Source: Glycera tridactyla (taxonomy: Eukaryota). From it: 64,000 nucleotides of DNA. Positions 26,047 through 39,384 of this stretch are shown piece after piece; the stretch's first letter is position 1; every line of letters starts with the position of its first letter. The stretch covers positions 23,498,001 to 23,562,000 of the forward strand of contig OZ286476.1 of NCBI GenBank assembly GCA_965644265.1. The letters are read 5' to 3'. A program made the translations under genes and the position numbers. The notes below the pieces were generated by a model that saw only the letters and a list, made by a program, of their open reading frames with translations, was not told the DNA's origin and did not search any database.

Positions 26047-26531
26047 TGACAATACAATCGGGGGGGGGGGGGCAATATTCCGTAGACGAATCACAATAAC
26101 ATGCTTGATTTCAAAGAGCAAACAATACTCACCACTGACGAAAAACAATCCATCTCTGATTGTATACTCGTGATTGCGCTTTCATAGAGAGACATGACAA
26201 TCGGGGGACAATATCTCCGTAGGCAAGCAGAGATTCACAATAACATGCTTGATTTTATAGAGCAAACAATACTCGCTAATGGCGAAAAACAATCCATCTC
26301 TGATGATATACTCGTGATTGCCTACAAAGATCCTGCCAGCTGCATAGGTCTCTCCACTCACGCTTGGAAACTGTTTATCTTCACAATCCATCACAAAATA
26401 TCCTCTCAGATATACACAGGAACACCAGGCAGAGAAAGGACATGCTGATGTCCAAGACATGGCAGAGCAGCAACTGATCAGAGTCACTCAGCGCTGACAA
26501 TGAAGTCACCGATGCATGACTGCCTGCCAAT

Positions 26532-28199
26532 TAGGGGTGAAACGATATGGCTTTGTCGCGATACGATACGTGCACAATACACCACTCACAATACGATACG
26601 TTCCACGATATTTTCATATAATTTATGCTGCTTATTGAAGTAGAAGTGAGCTATTGCTCCATGATGAAATCGACAAGGTGTTACATAATACAGGGAAGAA
26701 CATGCCATATAATTTTGTGGGAAATTGATTAAGTTGTGACTATTTCACAAACAGAAATTGATGGAGGAGGGGGGCATTGAGTATCATGATTAACAAGAAT
26801 AGAGGTTCCCTGCTCATTGCTATGTCCTTGTTCACATGATAACTGTCTGGATGTGAGCAAAATGCAATGACTTGAATTGGCCTATGATTTTGCAGGAAAC
26901 TGATCGGTTTGTGAGCATCTCACAATAAGAAAGTAGATAAATAGGCTGTGATTGAATTTGACAAGGAAGATCATTTCCAGGGCTAAAAAAGGAGTCTTGA
27001 GAGCTACAAACATGCTTATCTGTGTTTACAACTGTAGATTATGGGTGTGAATGTTGGGGAAATACTCGATTTGAAGCAGTTCACAAACATAGAGTTTATG
27101 CAAGCATGTTCACATTTCACTACCCCCAAGTTTCACCAGCAAAAACGATCTTTTCAAGTGCTTGAAAATGCAGTCTGACAGCTACAAGCATGCAAAATTC
27201 TGCCTAAAACTGCAAGTTATGGGTGGTCCTGTGGGGTAATCATTTATCTGGATGCAGTTTACAAACTTATGGGTGATTATCAGCACCTTCACTGGCACCA
27301 CTCCTGAGTTTGACAGGTAAAAACGATCTTTTTCAGGGCTATAAAATGTTGTTAGACAGCTTCAAACGCACTCTATTCTGCTTGAAACTGGGGGATATCA
27401 GTGTTTTTCAAGCCTAGACACAATTATTTTGACAGCAGAAGTACACGAGTGGTCAAATACAGTTATTCAATAGCAGTAGGTGTCATGGAAACACACTCCT
27501 GAATGAAGCAGCCTATCCTCATTCTTACCATATTGACAGCAAAAATCACCAAGTCAGCTCGAATGACAGGCCATAAAATATATCCAGCAGTATCCCTTTA
27601 TGATCAAATATGTATCCTACACATGACTGCATCCATAAAAATCATGATAACAGATGAAAAACGCGAAAAAAACAGTGAGGGGAATACAACAAGAAACTCC
27701 AATCTCCATCTTGGGTGGGAAGTTCTGTGATAATGTCATCACTCTTTGTGTACTTCCTGGTTGGGGATCCCTCCAAAATGAGCTGTTCACTCTGGCTATT
27801 CCAGGCCCTTACTCTTGATATAAAGATACGTTTTGACCTTGTAAATGTCATGTAAATAATTCTAGAAGTGCACACCTGCCATGTAAATGCCTGATTAGTG
27901 CTAATGATGTGTTTTTATGGCCGATTTTGGGGGAATCTCTGGGGAATCCCTGGAAGCCCAGGTCACTATCAAGCACTCTCACGCTGGATCATGCTTGACA
28001 GCTAATACACACACCAGCCGACGCTCAACTTTTTCGGAAATTTTCAGCAATGTTATGCCATTTGGACACTTTTTCTGGCCACAATCATCATTAATGCCGA
28101 CACTGTATCGTATCGTGTTTTGACAGCGTGTATCGTGGTGTGAATCGATGTGTCATGTTCAGCGATGCATTGGTGTACCGGCGAATCGTTTCATCCCTA
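26532..28199. mobile_element. Non-autonomous hAT-type element (copy within the tandem duplication)
   Basis: Same TIRs and CTGCCAAT TSD as 24115-25782. Confidence 0.9.
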
Positions 28200-28286
28200 C
28201 TGCCAATGAAGTCAGTGATGCGTGACGTTGATTATGGAGCGCCAATTGCTACATCTTATCATGAACTGTTGGGGGGGGGGGGGGGT

Positions 28287-28926
28287 GAGTAGATATTGTC
28301 AGTTACAGTCAAACTTGTCCTAAGCATGAAGACAGTGTGCTTAGAGCAAGTTCATGCTTATGCTTCTATTCACAGCTGGCTAGAGTAGACAAGTAGATTT
28401 GGTATTGTTGAGTAGACATTGTCAGTCACAGTCAAACTTATCCTAAGCATGAAGACAGTGTGCTTAGAGCAAGTTCATGCTTATGCTTCTATTCACAGCT
28501 GGCTAGAGTAGACAAGTAGATTCGGTATTGTTGAGTAGACATTGTCAGTCACAGTCAAACTTATCCTAAGCATGAAGACAGTGTGCTTAGAGCAAGTTCA
28601 TGTTTATGCTTCTATTCACAGCTGGCTAGAGTAGACAAGTAGATTTGGTATTGTTGAGTAGACATTGTCAGTTACAGTCAAACTTATCCTGAGCATGAAG
28701 ACAGTGTGCTTAGAGCAAGTTCATGCTTATGCTTCTATTCACAGCTGGCTAGAGTAGACAAGTAGGTTTGGTATTGTTGAGTAGACATAGTCAGTTACAG
28801 TCAAACTTATCCTAATCATGAAGTCAGTGTGCTTAGAGCAAGTTCATGCTTATGCTTCTATTCACAGCTGGCTAGAGTAGACATCGTCAGTTACAGTCAA
28901 ACTTGTCCTAAGCATAAAGTCAGTGT
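28287..28926 (+). repeat. 123-bp satellite array, ~5 units
   Basis: Unit starts (ATTGTCAG and variants) at 28295, 28418, 28541, 28664 and 28787; the last unit has an internal deletion. Confidence 0.95.
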
Positions 28927-29204
28927 ATCCAAACAACTGCCTCATACAGGCAAAATTATTGTGTCATTTACCTGCTGCAGTCGCTGCTGCCACGGGCAAG
29001 AAGTCGGTGCCGTTTACAATGTAAGGACTGTTGCCGACATATATCTTTGTCGCCGAAATTGGACTCCCCAATTATCGATGGAAACGATCTCTCCTCACAC
29101 TCAATATAAAGTTCACCTTTGTGATGATAGCATCTGCACCATGTAGAAAAGTGGCAAGATGACTTCCACGACATGCTGCTGTTTGACAGCAAATGCACTG
29201 ACAT
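28927..29204 (-). pseudogene. 5' part of the 'EENQYP' gene directly after pPolB, cut by the satellite
   Basis: SSMSWKSSCHFSTWCRC..IECEERSFPSIIGE, then frameshifted VGNSPYIVNGTDF. Confidence 0.65.
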
Positions 29205-29229
29205 AACATCACTGAATGAATGCACTTTA

Positions 29230-32200
29230 TCAGACCCCAAGATCAACCTGTGAAGGGTAACCAAATGGCACTGTCTTACCGCCAGGCAGAACAACACGCT
29301 TGTCTACTGTAAAGTGGTATTTCTTTGTTGTTGACTTATGTGTTCGCACTTGAAGTGTTTGTTTATCTTTTTCAATAGAGGGCTGATGCACCTGAACGAC
29401 AGTGCCCTTGTCGCATCTGTCCTTGAGATATGAGCAAACCATGTCTTTCATGACAGACATGTTTAACCTCTGTTCATCTAAATAGTTGAGAGAGAATCCT
29501 TTGTATTTCATAACTCCCTGAATCTATAAGCATAACTCTTTGAACCAGTGCATACAAATTCATCTACTATCTCGCCATCTGGAATCTCTGATGTCAAATC
29601 TCCCAGGTAATCGCCGACCTCCAGCGGTTGTTCACTCGGAAGAGTGCTATACAAAATACTATCTGTATCGGAGTACATCAACCTCCTGTAACTCTTCCAT
29701 TTTCTCATACAATTTCATTCTGCCATAAGCTGTCACAAATGCCGCTATCACTACATTGTTTGTGGGACCAGCAGACGGAGCCTCTTTCAGATCAGAATAC
29801 TCTACCATCATGACATCATCTGAGATAATACTGAAATACTTCAAACACACCCTCGGATCTGACATCAGAGTTAACAATTCTTGTGGATTTGATGATGTTA
29901 TGTACTTTGTCTGTCTCCTATTTACTTTTTTGCTCATCTTGCCGGACAAAGAATTTAATGCCAATTTAGCTACACTGCGTTTACCACTATTTTTTTGCAT
30001 CAAATTATCATCCAAGCGTATTCCCTCATGTCTCTCATACTCGCTGATATACTTTTCAAGGTCTGATTTTGATTTACATCTGGGAGGCTTGCCCTCACTG
30101 TCTACTTTCATCTCCAGAATGGCATTGACAAACCCTGTAAAATATTCTGCCGATTTCCCATCAAATGGATCGATCGTATCATGGGTATTAAAAAGACAAT
30201 GATATGTTTCAATCATTCTTGAAATAGTATAGCCCCTTTTCAGCCCCATTTTCAGTTCCTCACTTATAAACACACCATCTAACATCCTGTCCGCATCTGA
30301 ACAAGTGCACCCATCTTGTGAATTCTCTGCAGCACATTTTTTGCATAACATAAACACCAGCTTGCCTCTGATTCTTGAAGGTAACACCGGTAAGAACAAT
30401 TTTCTGGGAGGCAGCACCTCACACTTGATCATACCAAAAATATCCCAAACTTCATCAAAATCTGTTGTTTTGATTACAGGATGAAAACATGGTAAAGGCA
30501 TATTTTTCTGTACCAATGGATACAGACTGCAAAAATCTGCATAGTGAATACACAATCCATCCGGCTCGTCCATTCTGTTCCATAGTAGCCTGACAGACTC
30601 AACTCTGCCACCATAAAATCCATCCCTTGGATTTAGTGGATCATCCATCTTCAGAGACTTGTATATTTCGCTAGCTTGTTTATTTGCTTGAACTATCAAA
30701 TCATACTCGTGCTCCCATATACTGATGACCTCTGCACCCAGAGCATTCAACTCTGACAAATAAAGCACGGCTAAGGAATACAACTAGGTCCTGCCAGTAT
30801 TTTTGCATCTCAAGTCCTCTCTCGATGTTTGGAAACATATATTGCATCCATGCCACATACAGCCAAAAACATTATATATTTTTGAATTTTCAGGTACGAC
30901 TTCTAAGATATGATTGATTGCAGGAACATTTCGATCTCCAGATTCAAATCCGTCAACATGAACAATTTTTCCATTCCTCTTCCGAATTCTAACTTCTTGA
31001 ATATTTCCACCATGAGATATTTTCACACCGTCTCTCTGAGACAAGTAGTCTAGCCAAGCACAGCACTTTTTACTGAAAATTTTTGAGTGCCTGCTATATC
31101 CGAAAGGTGGTGTTATTCCAATAAATGTTTTATCAAAAGACTCTGATATGACTTTGAAATCCAAACTTGTGTCTGCAGACACCATACCATCACCCATGTC
31201 AACTTTCAAATGACCTCCCCTTCTAGCACCCGGTACAATCATTCGTTCTCCGCTTTCATTCTTCTCAACCTTGCATCTCACCATTTCTGTCACATGCATC
31301 TTCCTAAAAATGTGCATAGACATTGAAGCTAAAGTAAATACCTCTCTGAAAGGATGCAAACCAGCCAGATTAACTATTATACTATCAAATGCTATGATTG
31401 CTTTCCGCAAGATAACCACATCATTCACACAGTAATTAATCGATTCATCCTTCAGCACAAATATATCACCTGATGCAATTCTTTCATCATACCAAGATCG
31501 AAACCTAGTGACTTTGCTAGGTCTCATCCCTTCCACACAGTACATGCTTTCATCTGGGTACATGCCACTATAAGCGAGATCCATATTGTGCACTGTATTG
31601 AACAAATGTGGGAAAAAACCTTTTGTCAGTTCACCGACCACCTCAGATTCCATTTCAAACATCAATGGTAATTTTGAGAGAGCCATCGGCATGAACCTGG
31701 CAGAATCTAGAAATCTAATCTTGTACCCTTTTCCAACTTAAGAAAAAAAGCAGCTGGGCGCCGTTCATCACTGTATCAGATATTTTAACATTAGAGGATA
31801 ACAATTCACGGTATATGAAATATTGATCATAACGACTGCCATTATGACTCACTACACATGCGTAAGAATGTTCTGGAACTACGACCCACTGGCAAAATCT
31901 ACTCACACTATCTGAGCCATACAAAAATGCGCCTAAATCTGCCGCATGCGTCACTTTCACATGGCGGATACTTGTAATCATGCACTCCTGGTGATTGACC
32001 CCTACGGGTCCGGCATCTATCACATCGATCACCACAATGAGAGCACTCTAACTGATCTCCAAAACTCAAATTGACACAAAACATGCACTACTTATCAGCT
32101 ACAATCAAATTTGGAACATGGTTATAACTTCCACATTCGGTTGTGCGACAATTAGTGCATTTTGCACAACTCGAACAAGGATACATATTTGCTTCACATG

Positions 32201-33801
32201 ATGAACACCTACTGCCCATCACAAAACCTTCTTCACACTGCACCATCTGATCTTGGCAGGACTCAATATCAAATGCAATATACATAAAAATATCATTCTT
32301 GCCTACTTTAGCTAGACCTTTGGTTTTCGAAGATCTAACGTAGCATCCATGATGGCCAACAAAATATCTAATACATCGCCTACACAAATATTCTCCACAA
32401 ATGTGCTGTTCACGAGAATGTGAACTACTTGACATGGTCTTAGTGCAGGTTGAGCATCTCCAAGATGATGAACACATTGTATACTTCTTCTTCCTCCCCC
32501 TCATTTTCAGGTGTTGTTCATAACAGTAGTTTGAACGACAAATCTTATTACAATCATCACGAACAATACACTCGGATGAGGCGTTTGACAGACATTTTAC
32601 CATCGAACATACACTGCATTTTTTACAACATCTATGATGCTCCTCACTCACAGCTGCCTGTTAACATGCATTGCAATAATAACCTTTACCAAATAACCCT
32701 TTGTGGGTTTGTTACTGCATCGAAATGATACTTGTCTGGGCTGAGCATCATATGAAACACATGAACGGGAGGATAGCGTTCATTCACTAACCTATCGTCT
32801 GGTTTCCGAAATAGTCCATTGTAACAAGTATTAGAAATTATGCTCACTGCTATTTTAAATGCATGCTCAATTTTCGGAATATCTTCAATCTTAAAATATT
32901 TATTTTCATCGAATCCACTCATTCTCATCATTATCTTAGCACCCTGAGTCTGCTCATTCCTTTGTCAACTCTTCAAATCATTATACAGACTATCTGAAAC
33001 CAAGTGGTTCTCCATAGCCATCTCAATGCGCTTTTTATCCTTTATATGGCTAAAATGTTCTAGCCATTCCTTATTCCTCATTCGACGATGAAATGCCCAT
33101 GCAACCAAAATGGCTCTAACAAGACACATAGAATCATCGTTATTTATAACAACCATCGAGTGCTTTCCCTCCCTATCATTTCTCTCTCCTCGCAAACGCA
33201 ATAATGGAAATGCTGCACCACCCTGCTGTCTATTTATAATTTGAATTTGAACCCTCAAACTATCATCTGCAAGAATATCTTGCTTGGACTGTGATACAGC
33301 AGCAATCCTGTCCAGAATGACATCAGGTGTCACCTCATGCATTTCCATCAAAGGGACCACCATAGGAGACTCTAGCCCATTTTGATATATCACCATTCTA
33401 AACAATGAATCAGGCTGAACTTCTTCTCTGAACAAATCAATTATGCTACTGAAAACCTGGCGAAGAGATGATGTCATATCTATCATCAGAGGAGCATTCT
33501 GTAATAGTGATGCATTCAATGCTACATCAAACGTAACACTCATCCCCCGACAATTTAAAAAATAGCGCACATCCCTCCAAACATTAGAATACAACGGCTG
33601 CACTCTCTGAATTCGCCCCAGTTCCTCGTCTTGGCCTACTTGTGGCAAGCTGGGTGGACTATTGTCATCACCAAATCCAATCTGGTCATCCTGCAATACA
33701 TCCAAACATGCATGACTTACATCAACTGCCTGCCATTCATAACACGACATTTGCATTCGTCTTCCTTGTTGCCACTGGTAACGCATAATATCATCTGCCA
33801 T
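29230..33801 (-). pseudogene. pPolB: Protein-primed DNA polymerase B with N-terminal extension (OTU-like and Cys-rich domains), disrupted
   Basis: AFDIES (ExoI), SHNGSRYD (ExoII), NDVVIL (ExoIII), GCMWHGC, YGGRVE, DFCSLYP (A), KLALNSLSGK (B), YSDTDS (C); several stops and frameshifts. Confidence 0.95.
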
Positions 33802-33947
33802 CTAGTGAATACGATCATACAACAATGACAGCTGCTAACACTGACCTCTGCCGCATTCATCCTTCAGTACCATCAGATACAACGACAACTGCTAACACTG
33901 CCCTCTACTGCTAACAGCACATCTGATCGACTGTCGTCTACCAGATT

Positions 33948-34193
33948 CAGTTGAACCTATCTATAAAGACCGCCTTGGGTCTTATGGGCAAGTGGTCTTT
34001 ACAGAGAGGTCATTTACTTTTGAAATACTACCACGGTCACAGCTGAGGTGGTCTTTGAAGCAGGTTTGACTATACAATGACAGCTGCTAACAAGGCGGTC
34101 TTTATAGGCAAGTGGTCTTTACAGAGAGGTCATTTACTGTTGAAAATACTACCGCGGTCACAGCTCAGGTGGTCTTTAGAGCAGGTTCAACTG
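33948..34193. mobile_element. TA-target MITE (CAGT...ACTG) with internal duplication
   Basis: CAGTTGAACC / GGTTCAACTG termini. Confidence 0.7.
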
Positions 34194-34442
34194 TACAATG
34201 ACAGTTGCCAACACCGCCCTCTGCTGCTAATAACACATACTCACCTCCTGCTGATCTGTTCCCAGGTCGCCCCCACTGTTGATGTCACCATTAACCTGCA
34301 AAAAAATGGCAATACATAATTCGCAGAACATTCGCAGTCTTCTCATACAACAATGACAACTGATGCTAACACTGACCTCCACCGCTAATAACACATCAGA
34401 TCAACTGCCAACTACCAGATACAAACACGACAGCCGGTAATA

Positions 34443-34550
34443 CATTGAAACCTGTCTTGGGAGACCACTCTTTATCCGCTCTTAAATACCTGTCTTGAGA
34501 GACCGCTTTTCTTTGGTATTTGGAGCGGTCTCCCAAGACAGGTTTTACTG
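34443..34550. mobile_element. TA-target MITE
   Basis: TA-CATTGAAACCTGTCTTGGGAGACC...GGTCTCCCAAGACAGGTTTTACTG-TA. Confidence 0.8.
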
Positions 34551-35106
34551 TACTGTCGTTACCAGATACAACAGCAACTGGTTACACTGGCCTCTACCGC
34601 TGATAACACACCAGATCAACTTCCGCCTACCAAATACAACAACGACAACTGCCAATGCCTTTCTCTACTGCTAACACCGCATACTCACCTCCTGCTGATC
34701 TATTTCAGGTTTGCTGCCACCATTGTCAACTCCATTAACCTGCAATAAATTGACAATACATCATCCACCAGTACAGAGATTACACTTGTAACATTCTCAC
34801 ATGCACACTACAACGTCTGCTGTCAACCGTTCCATTAATTGTTCTACTCACCTAATGCGACATCCTCATACCAAGCAAATACCAATATCTATAATCATAA
34901 AACATTTGCGAAATGTGTTACATCAAATATATTATCACAGCATCAGTAATAATATCATACTCACAGCGTCATCATGCTCCATGTTTGATCGAACATCGAA
35001 AATATCCTGATCGCTATCATATACATCATCAACCACCTGTTATAACAGCAAATACGTCCTGTTAACACCAATAACTACTAATTGTGTTTCTACCCATCCT
35101 ACTGTA

Positions 35107-35550
35107 CAGTAAAACCTGTCTTGGGGGACCGCCCTAAATGCCAACAAAAAGTGGCCACTCAAGACTGGGTGTGTCTCATTGGAGGTATATTTGACTATGG
35201 CAAATAGAGAAGAGCAGATATAGAGCAGTCTCCCATTAGAGGATGGTCTCCCAAGACAGGTTCCACTGTACTATTCTTCACCTGCCTCCTCCCCTGAATC
35301 ATATATTCCACACACTCGTGGTCCTATTAACACCAATAATTACTAACTGCGTTTCTACCCTTCCTACTGTACAGTAAAACCTGTCTTTGGAGTCCGCCCC
35401 AAAAATGCCAACAAAAGTGGTCTCTCAAGACAGGGTGTCTCTCATTGGAGGTATATTTGACTATGGCAAATAGAAAAGAGCAAATATAGAGCAGTCTCCC
35501 ATTGAAGAGTGGTCTCCCAAAAGAGGTGTCTCCCAAGACAGGTTTCACTG
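35107..35550. mobile_element. Two tandem TA-target MITEs (35107-35268, 35372-35550) duplicated with their flanks
   Basis: TA-CAGTAAAACCTGTCTT...AAGACAGGTT(C/T)CACTG-TA. Confidence 0.8.
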
Positions 35551-35588
35551 TACTATTCTTCACCTGCCTCCTCCCCCTGAATCATATA

Positions 35589-35750
35589 CAGTGAAACCTG
35601 CGATGAGAGACCACCTTCAACGGGAGACCACCTTTCCAGGGCAGCTTTTCTGTTTGATATAGTCAAATATACCTCCGACGAGAGACCACTTCTTTTGAGA
35701 GACCCCTTTTTGGTATCAATCAGGGCGGTCTCTCTTCGCAGGTTTCACTG
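35589..35750. mobile_element. TA-target MITE
   Basis: TA-CAGTGAAACCTGCGA...TCGCAGGTTTCACTG-TA. Confidence 0.85.
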
Positions 35751-36282
35751 TATTCTACGCTGAATACATGTCCGTCCACCTCTTCATTCATCTCTAAGTA
35801 TAATCTACTCCACTTAAGTTACGAAAATATCTACAATCTATTATTCACTACACTTTATCTGTCAATCTTCTACTAAACCAATACCACTTACTTCTTCGTT
35901 GGCTGCAACCTCAGAATTACATGAATAAATACTTCTATCGTCATCATCACGAACCTCGGAGCTATCTGATGTAACACAGACACAAACTTCATGATCAGTA
36001 GTAGACGAGGGTTCCTCACGAGACACACTCACTTCCTGGAATAGAATATACCATCCGTACTATAACAGACTAATGCAATCACCTCCTAATTAAACTCTCC
36101 ACGTAATTCGTCCGTCTGCTGTCATCTATCATATCCATTCACTCAACCCTCGCATTGATCCTGCAATCTGTCAATTGTCAACCCTGACTATCACTTAGCA
36201 AATGGTAGAAGCCTGCTAGTCTACAGTAGACCACATGCAACTATAATAATATTCAATCATTATGCTGTATATATAAACTATC

Positions 36283-36747
36283 TCACCTCTGATTGTGGCT
36301 GTCAAAACGTACCCTTCTGTTTGTTTTTGATGACGAATCTTCATCGTCATCGTCATCATCATCAGTTTTCTCGGGTCTTTGTGATAGGGATGTACTTCCC
36401 GTGACAGGATAATATCCCGTGAGACCATAGACAAGTGACAGTACACGGTCCAATGCTAATGAAGGAATTTCCTCAAATGCGCGTTGAAAATTGACAGTAC
36501 CCAACATAGACACTGCTTGCTCTCTAACATTCTGTCATGGGTGTTTCGGAAGCTCAGAATAATCCATGCTTTGGACTGTCTCATTGAGACCATCGATGAG
36601 TCGCCCCTGCACATATTCTTCTTGACATAGAGAACTGTCTTCAGCAACCAACTGTTCTAGTTGTTGATCACTAACTCGACGTGCTAACTGACGAGACTTT
36701 GACATCCTAGTGTCATCATCCACAGCACGTAATAACGACATCGCCAT
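36283..36747 (-). pseudogene. ~155-aa orphan with acidic C-terminus (frameshifted)
   Basis: ORFs 36535-36747 and 36283-36513 join into the protein seen at 54321-54785. Confidence 0.65.
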
Positions 36748-36796
36748 CTAAAACCACCAATCACTATAAGAAGACATACTAACTAAATATCATATA

Positions 36797-36955
36797 CAGT
36801 TAAACCTGCTATAAAGGTCACCTGTATCAATCAACCACCTGCCTTAAGCAACCACTTTTGGAAATCCCTCCAGGGTATTTCTCACTATAATTAACCTGTA
36901 TCAGACAAACACTTTTCACTGTCCCAATGGTAGTTGCTGAATACAGGTTTGACTG
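36797..36955. mobile_element. TA-target MITE (orthologous copy at 54835-55010)
   Basis: TA-CAGTTAAACCTG...CAGGTTTGACTG-TA. Confidence 0.85.
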
Positions 36956-37075
36956 TATCACACATATTATCTATCAAATAAATCAAATATCAATACGATC
37001 TACCAATATATATCTACACTAGCATGTTCGCTTTCTGACCATCTTCTTCAACACTCGTAGCAATATCATCTACAA

Positions 37076-38128
37076 TCACAAAAACAACGCACTACTTCCA
37101 GAAAACAACTGCCTTCTAACATATGTTGTCATCATATCACGGAACTTCCTAACATGTGTCCCATTGTCAAGCTTTGAGCACAATCTCATAGTGAACAAAT
37201 GCACGTCTAACTGAGTGTCTTCTATGCTCAAGATATCATCTAACATCATTGATGACTGATGAATCATCAACTCTCTTACCGAACGGTACTCCCATAATGC
37301 CTGTAACCCTCTTAAATGACTCTCATCTTCATTGAACAGCCTACATAAGTAATCATACTTCAGATCCTTGACTACTCTTAACAGAGATATGTCAAATGTG
37401 TCTAACACTTCTTGCATATGCATATAGTCATCTGCCTGTTCTTCCATCATATCTCTCATTATCCTCATCAACTGAAACCACACTGTTTTCTTCATTACTC
37501 TTATATATTCAACAGACCGCTGACTGTTCATCAGATAATATAATGACCTGACATGCCTCCACTCAATACATCTATTTTCTTTTTGTAAATCTCTATATAC
37601 CATAGAAACAGTACCTGCTCTAGATTCCGTACATTTCCTTTTAGTCTTAGGCTCATCATCATCATCTGTGTCTTCAAGATTTATTGGTGAGTTTACACTC
37701 ACACCTCTTCTGTCTGATGACAAGTGACCACTTGTAGAAGGAGATGGAGATATCCGTCTCTCTCTTCTTGCTATAGATGAACGTCTCCCCCTACTTGTTG
37801 ATGGAGCTGCTGAAGGGTTGAAGACGCTCTGACCAACATTAGGAACAGGCACTAAGATTTGTTTACCTCTCATCATTGTTGTTGCTATAGCAGAGTTGCA
37901 TCGAGCAACCTGCAAAGATACTGGCATAACTCCCGCAGTGCTTACTGATGGATGCACATTCTGCCTCTCATCCACTGTAGAAATCTGTCCTGCATTATCT
38001 TCCACCTGGCTAATTTGTAGAACGTAAACAAGACTGGCTCCCATATCTACCACAGAATCATACCCCTGTTGTGTACCCTCGTCTCCAGACATAATCTCAA
38101 ACACGTTCCGTGCATCTCGACTATCCAT
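37076..38128 (-). CDS. 350-aa orphan: S/R-rich disordered N-terminus, acidic/basic NLS-like linker, helical C-terminal domain
   Basis: Intact 1053-bp ORF; same length at 55131-56183; distant homolog at 19.2-19.9 kb. Confidence 0.8.
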   Translation of the reverse strand: MDSRDARNVFEIMSGDEGTQQGYDSVVDMGASLVYVLQISQVEDNAGQISTVDERQNVHPSVSTAGVMPVSLQVARCNSAIATTMMRGKQILVPVPNVGQSVFNPSAAPSTSRGRRSSIARRERRISPSPSTSGHLSSDRRGVSVNSPINLEDTDDDDEPKTKRKCTESRAGTVSMVYRDLQKENRCIEWRHVRSLYYLMNSQRSVEYIRVMKKTVWFQLMRIMRDMMEEQADDYMHMQEVLDTFDISLLRVVKDLKYDYLCRLFNEDESHLRGLQALWEYRSVRELMIHQSSMMLDDILSIEDTQLDVHLFTMRLCSKLDNGTHVRKFRDMMTTYVRRQLFSGSSALFL

Positions 38129-38138
38129 CTTGACAGTG

Positions 38139-38586
38139 CTAATTGACGATTCTGATGATGATAGTCAAGTAGATGTTATTCTCGTGTCGGTCAATCGTGA
38201 ATGCGAGCAACGCAAGCATTGCAGCCACTTCACCAACGTAATGTAAATACTCGATCCTCATATCCAGCGCAAACATTGTCAATTGAATCGCCAGTGCAAA
38301 GAACAATCTCGTCCTCCGTGATTTCACCCTCTCATCACAAACTATAATTTTCAATTTCCGAAAAATATCTACTACTCCTGAATGTCACATCCCTCGTATT
38401 ACATAATGATAAAAATGCACACATCCTTGCATGTGATGACCTTAACACAAATCCAACGAATCGTAATATAAATTCTTCCAGCTTCATTGGTGATGACCTC
38501 CATGAAATATATGTAAACATTTCATGAACAAATAAAGTACGGATTTTGCCATGATGACTTTCAGCGACCAAATTATCCAATACCAA
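38139..38586 (-). CDS. Two small tightly packed hypothetical ORFs (38139-38354, 38335-38586)
   Basis: Conserved in part at 56.2-56.64 kb; short overlaps. Confidence 0.4.
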
Positions 38587-38604
38587 ATCAATGTCATCAT
38601 ATTT

Positions 38605-39021
38605 TTACAAACTACCATCACGAATCCATTTAGAATAATTCAATATCGACCATTTCGACACTGCTCGAAATATGCACAAAGAAACTGCACATAAATACTC
38701 CTTATTCGTAACCAATGATCCCTTGTATGCATTCAACAATAACTCAATTTTTTTCCTTTCAAACGCAAACACTCTCTTCATGCGTCCTATATTGCCATTC
38801 CTTTTACTACTTAATGTATACTGAATCCTTCGAGCAAAAGCAACGACCTCAAACTCATATTTATGCATATAATCCAACTCCGCATCAATACTAACAAATC
38901 CAGATTGAAGGCACCTATTATAGTGAAAACTAATTCCTGACTTCCGCTTGTATTTCTTCAAACATAGAAGACATTTGACTTTTTTCCTACATATCACAAT
39001 CATGAACACATATCTCTTCAT
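38605..39021 (-). CDS. 138-aa orphan with C2HC zinc-finger-like motif
   Basis: CLLC-x12-H-x3-C; ortholog 56630-57040; paralog 39930-40358. Confidence 0.7.
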   Translation of the reverse strand: MKRYVFMIVICRKKVKCLLCLKKYKRKSGISFHYNRCLQSGFVSIDAELDYMHKYEFEVVAFARRIQYTLSSKRNGNIGRMKRVFAFERKKIELLLNAYKGSLVTNKEYLCAVSLCIFRAVSKWSILNYSKWIRDGSL

Positions 39022-39384
39022 CCATCACATTCTGAACATCCACCTTTCCTCATATATATTCCTACCAAAACCACTGATACAAAACCACTGTCATGTTATT
39101 CTATCTATCCATGCAATCATGATATCCTGTAATCCTAAGTCAACATCGATCATATTTAAATTAAATCTCTTACCCCAAAAATCAACAAATCTTGCTACAA
39201 TATTCATCCAATATTCACTTTATATAAACAACACTTCTTTTTGCAGTGATAGTACACACTGATTTATATTAATAAATCTCCTTCAATGTTGACAATATCA
39301 ACAACATATTGCCTCTCTCGCAATCTAGCATCTACACCTCTTCCTTGCTGCGGCGATAACAAAAGAAACGTGCATGCAACATGA

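Larger units (their letters stand above)
23636..28470. repeat. Near-perfect 2,417-bp tandem duplication
   Basis: Identical ORF sets offset by 2417 bp (23765/26182, 25086/27503, 25500/27917). Confidence 0.95.

Noticed and set aside
28287-28926. CRISPR-like array
   Set aside because: Whole 123-bp units are repeated with no unique spacers, there are no cas genes, and the context is eukaryotic.
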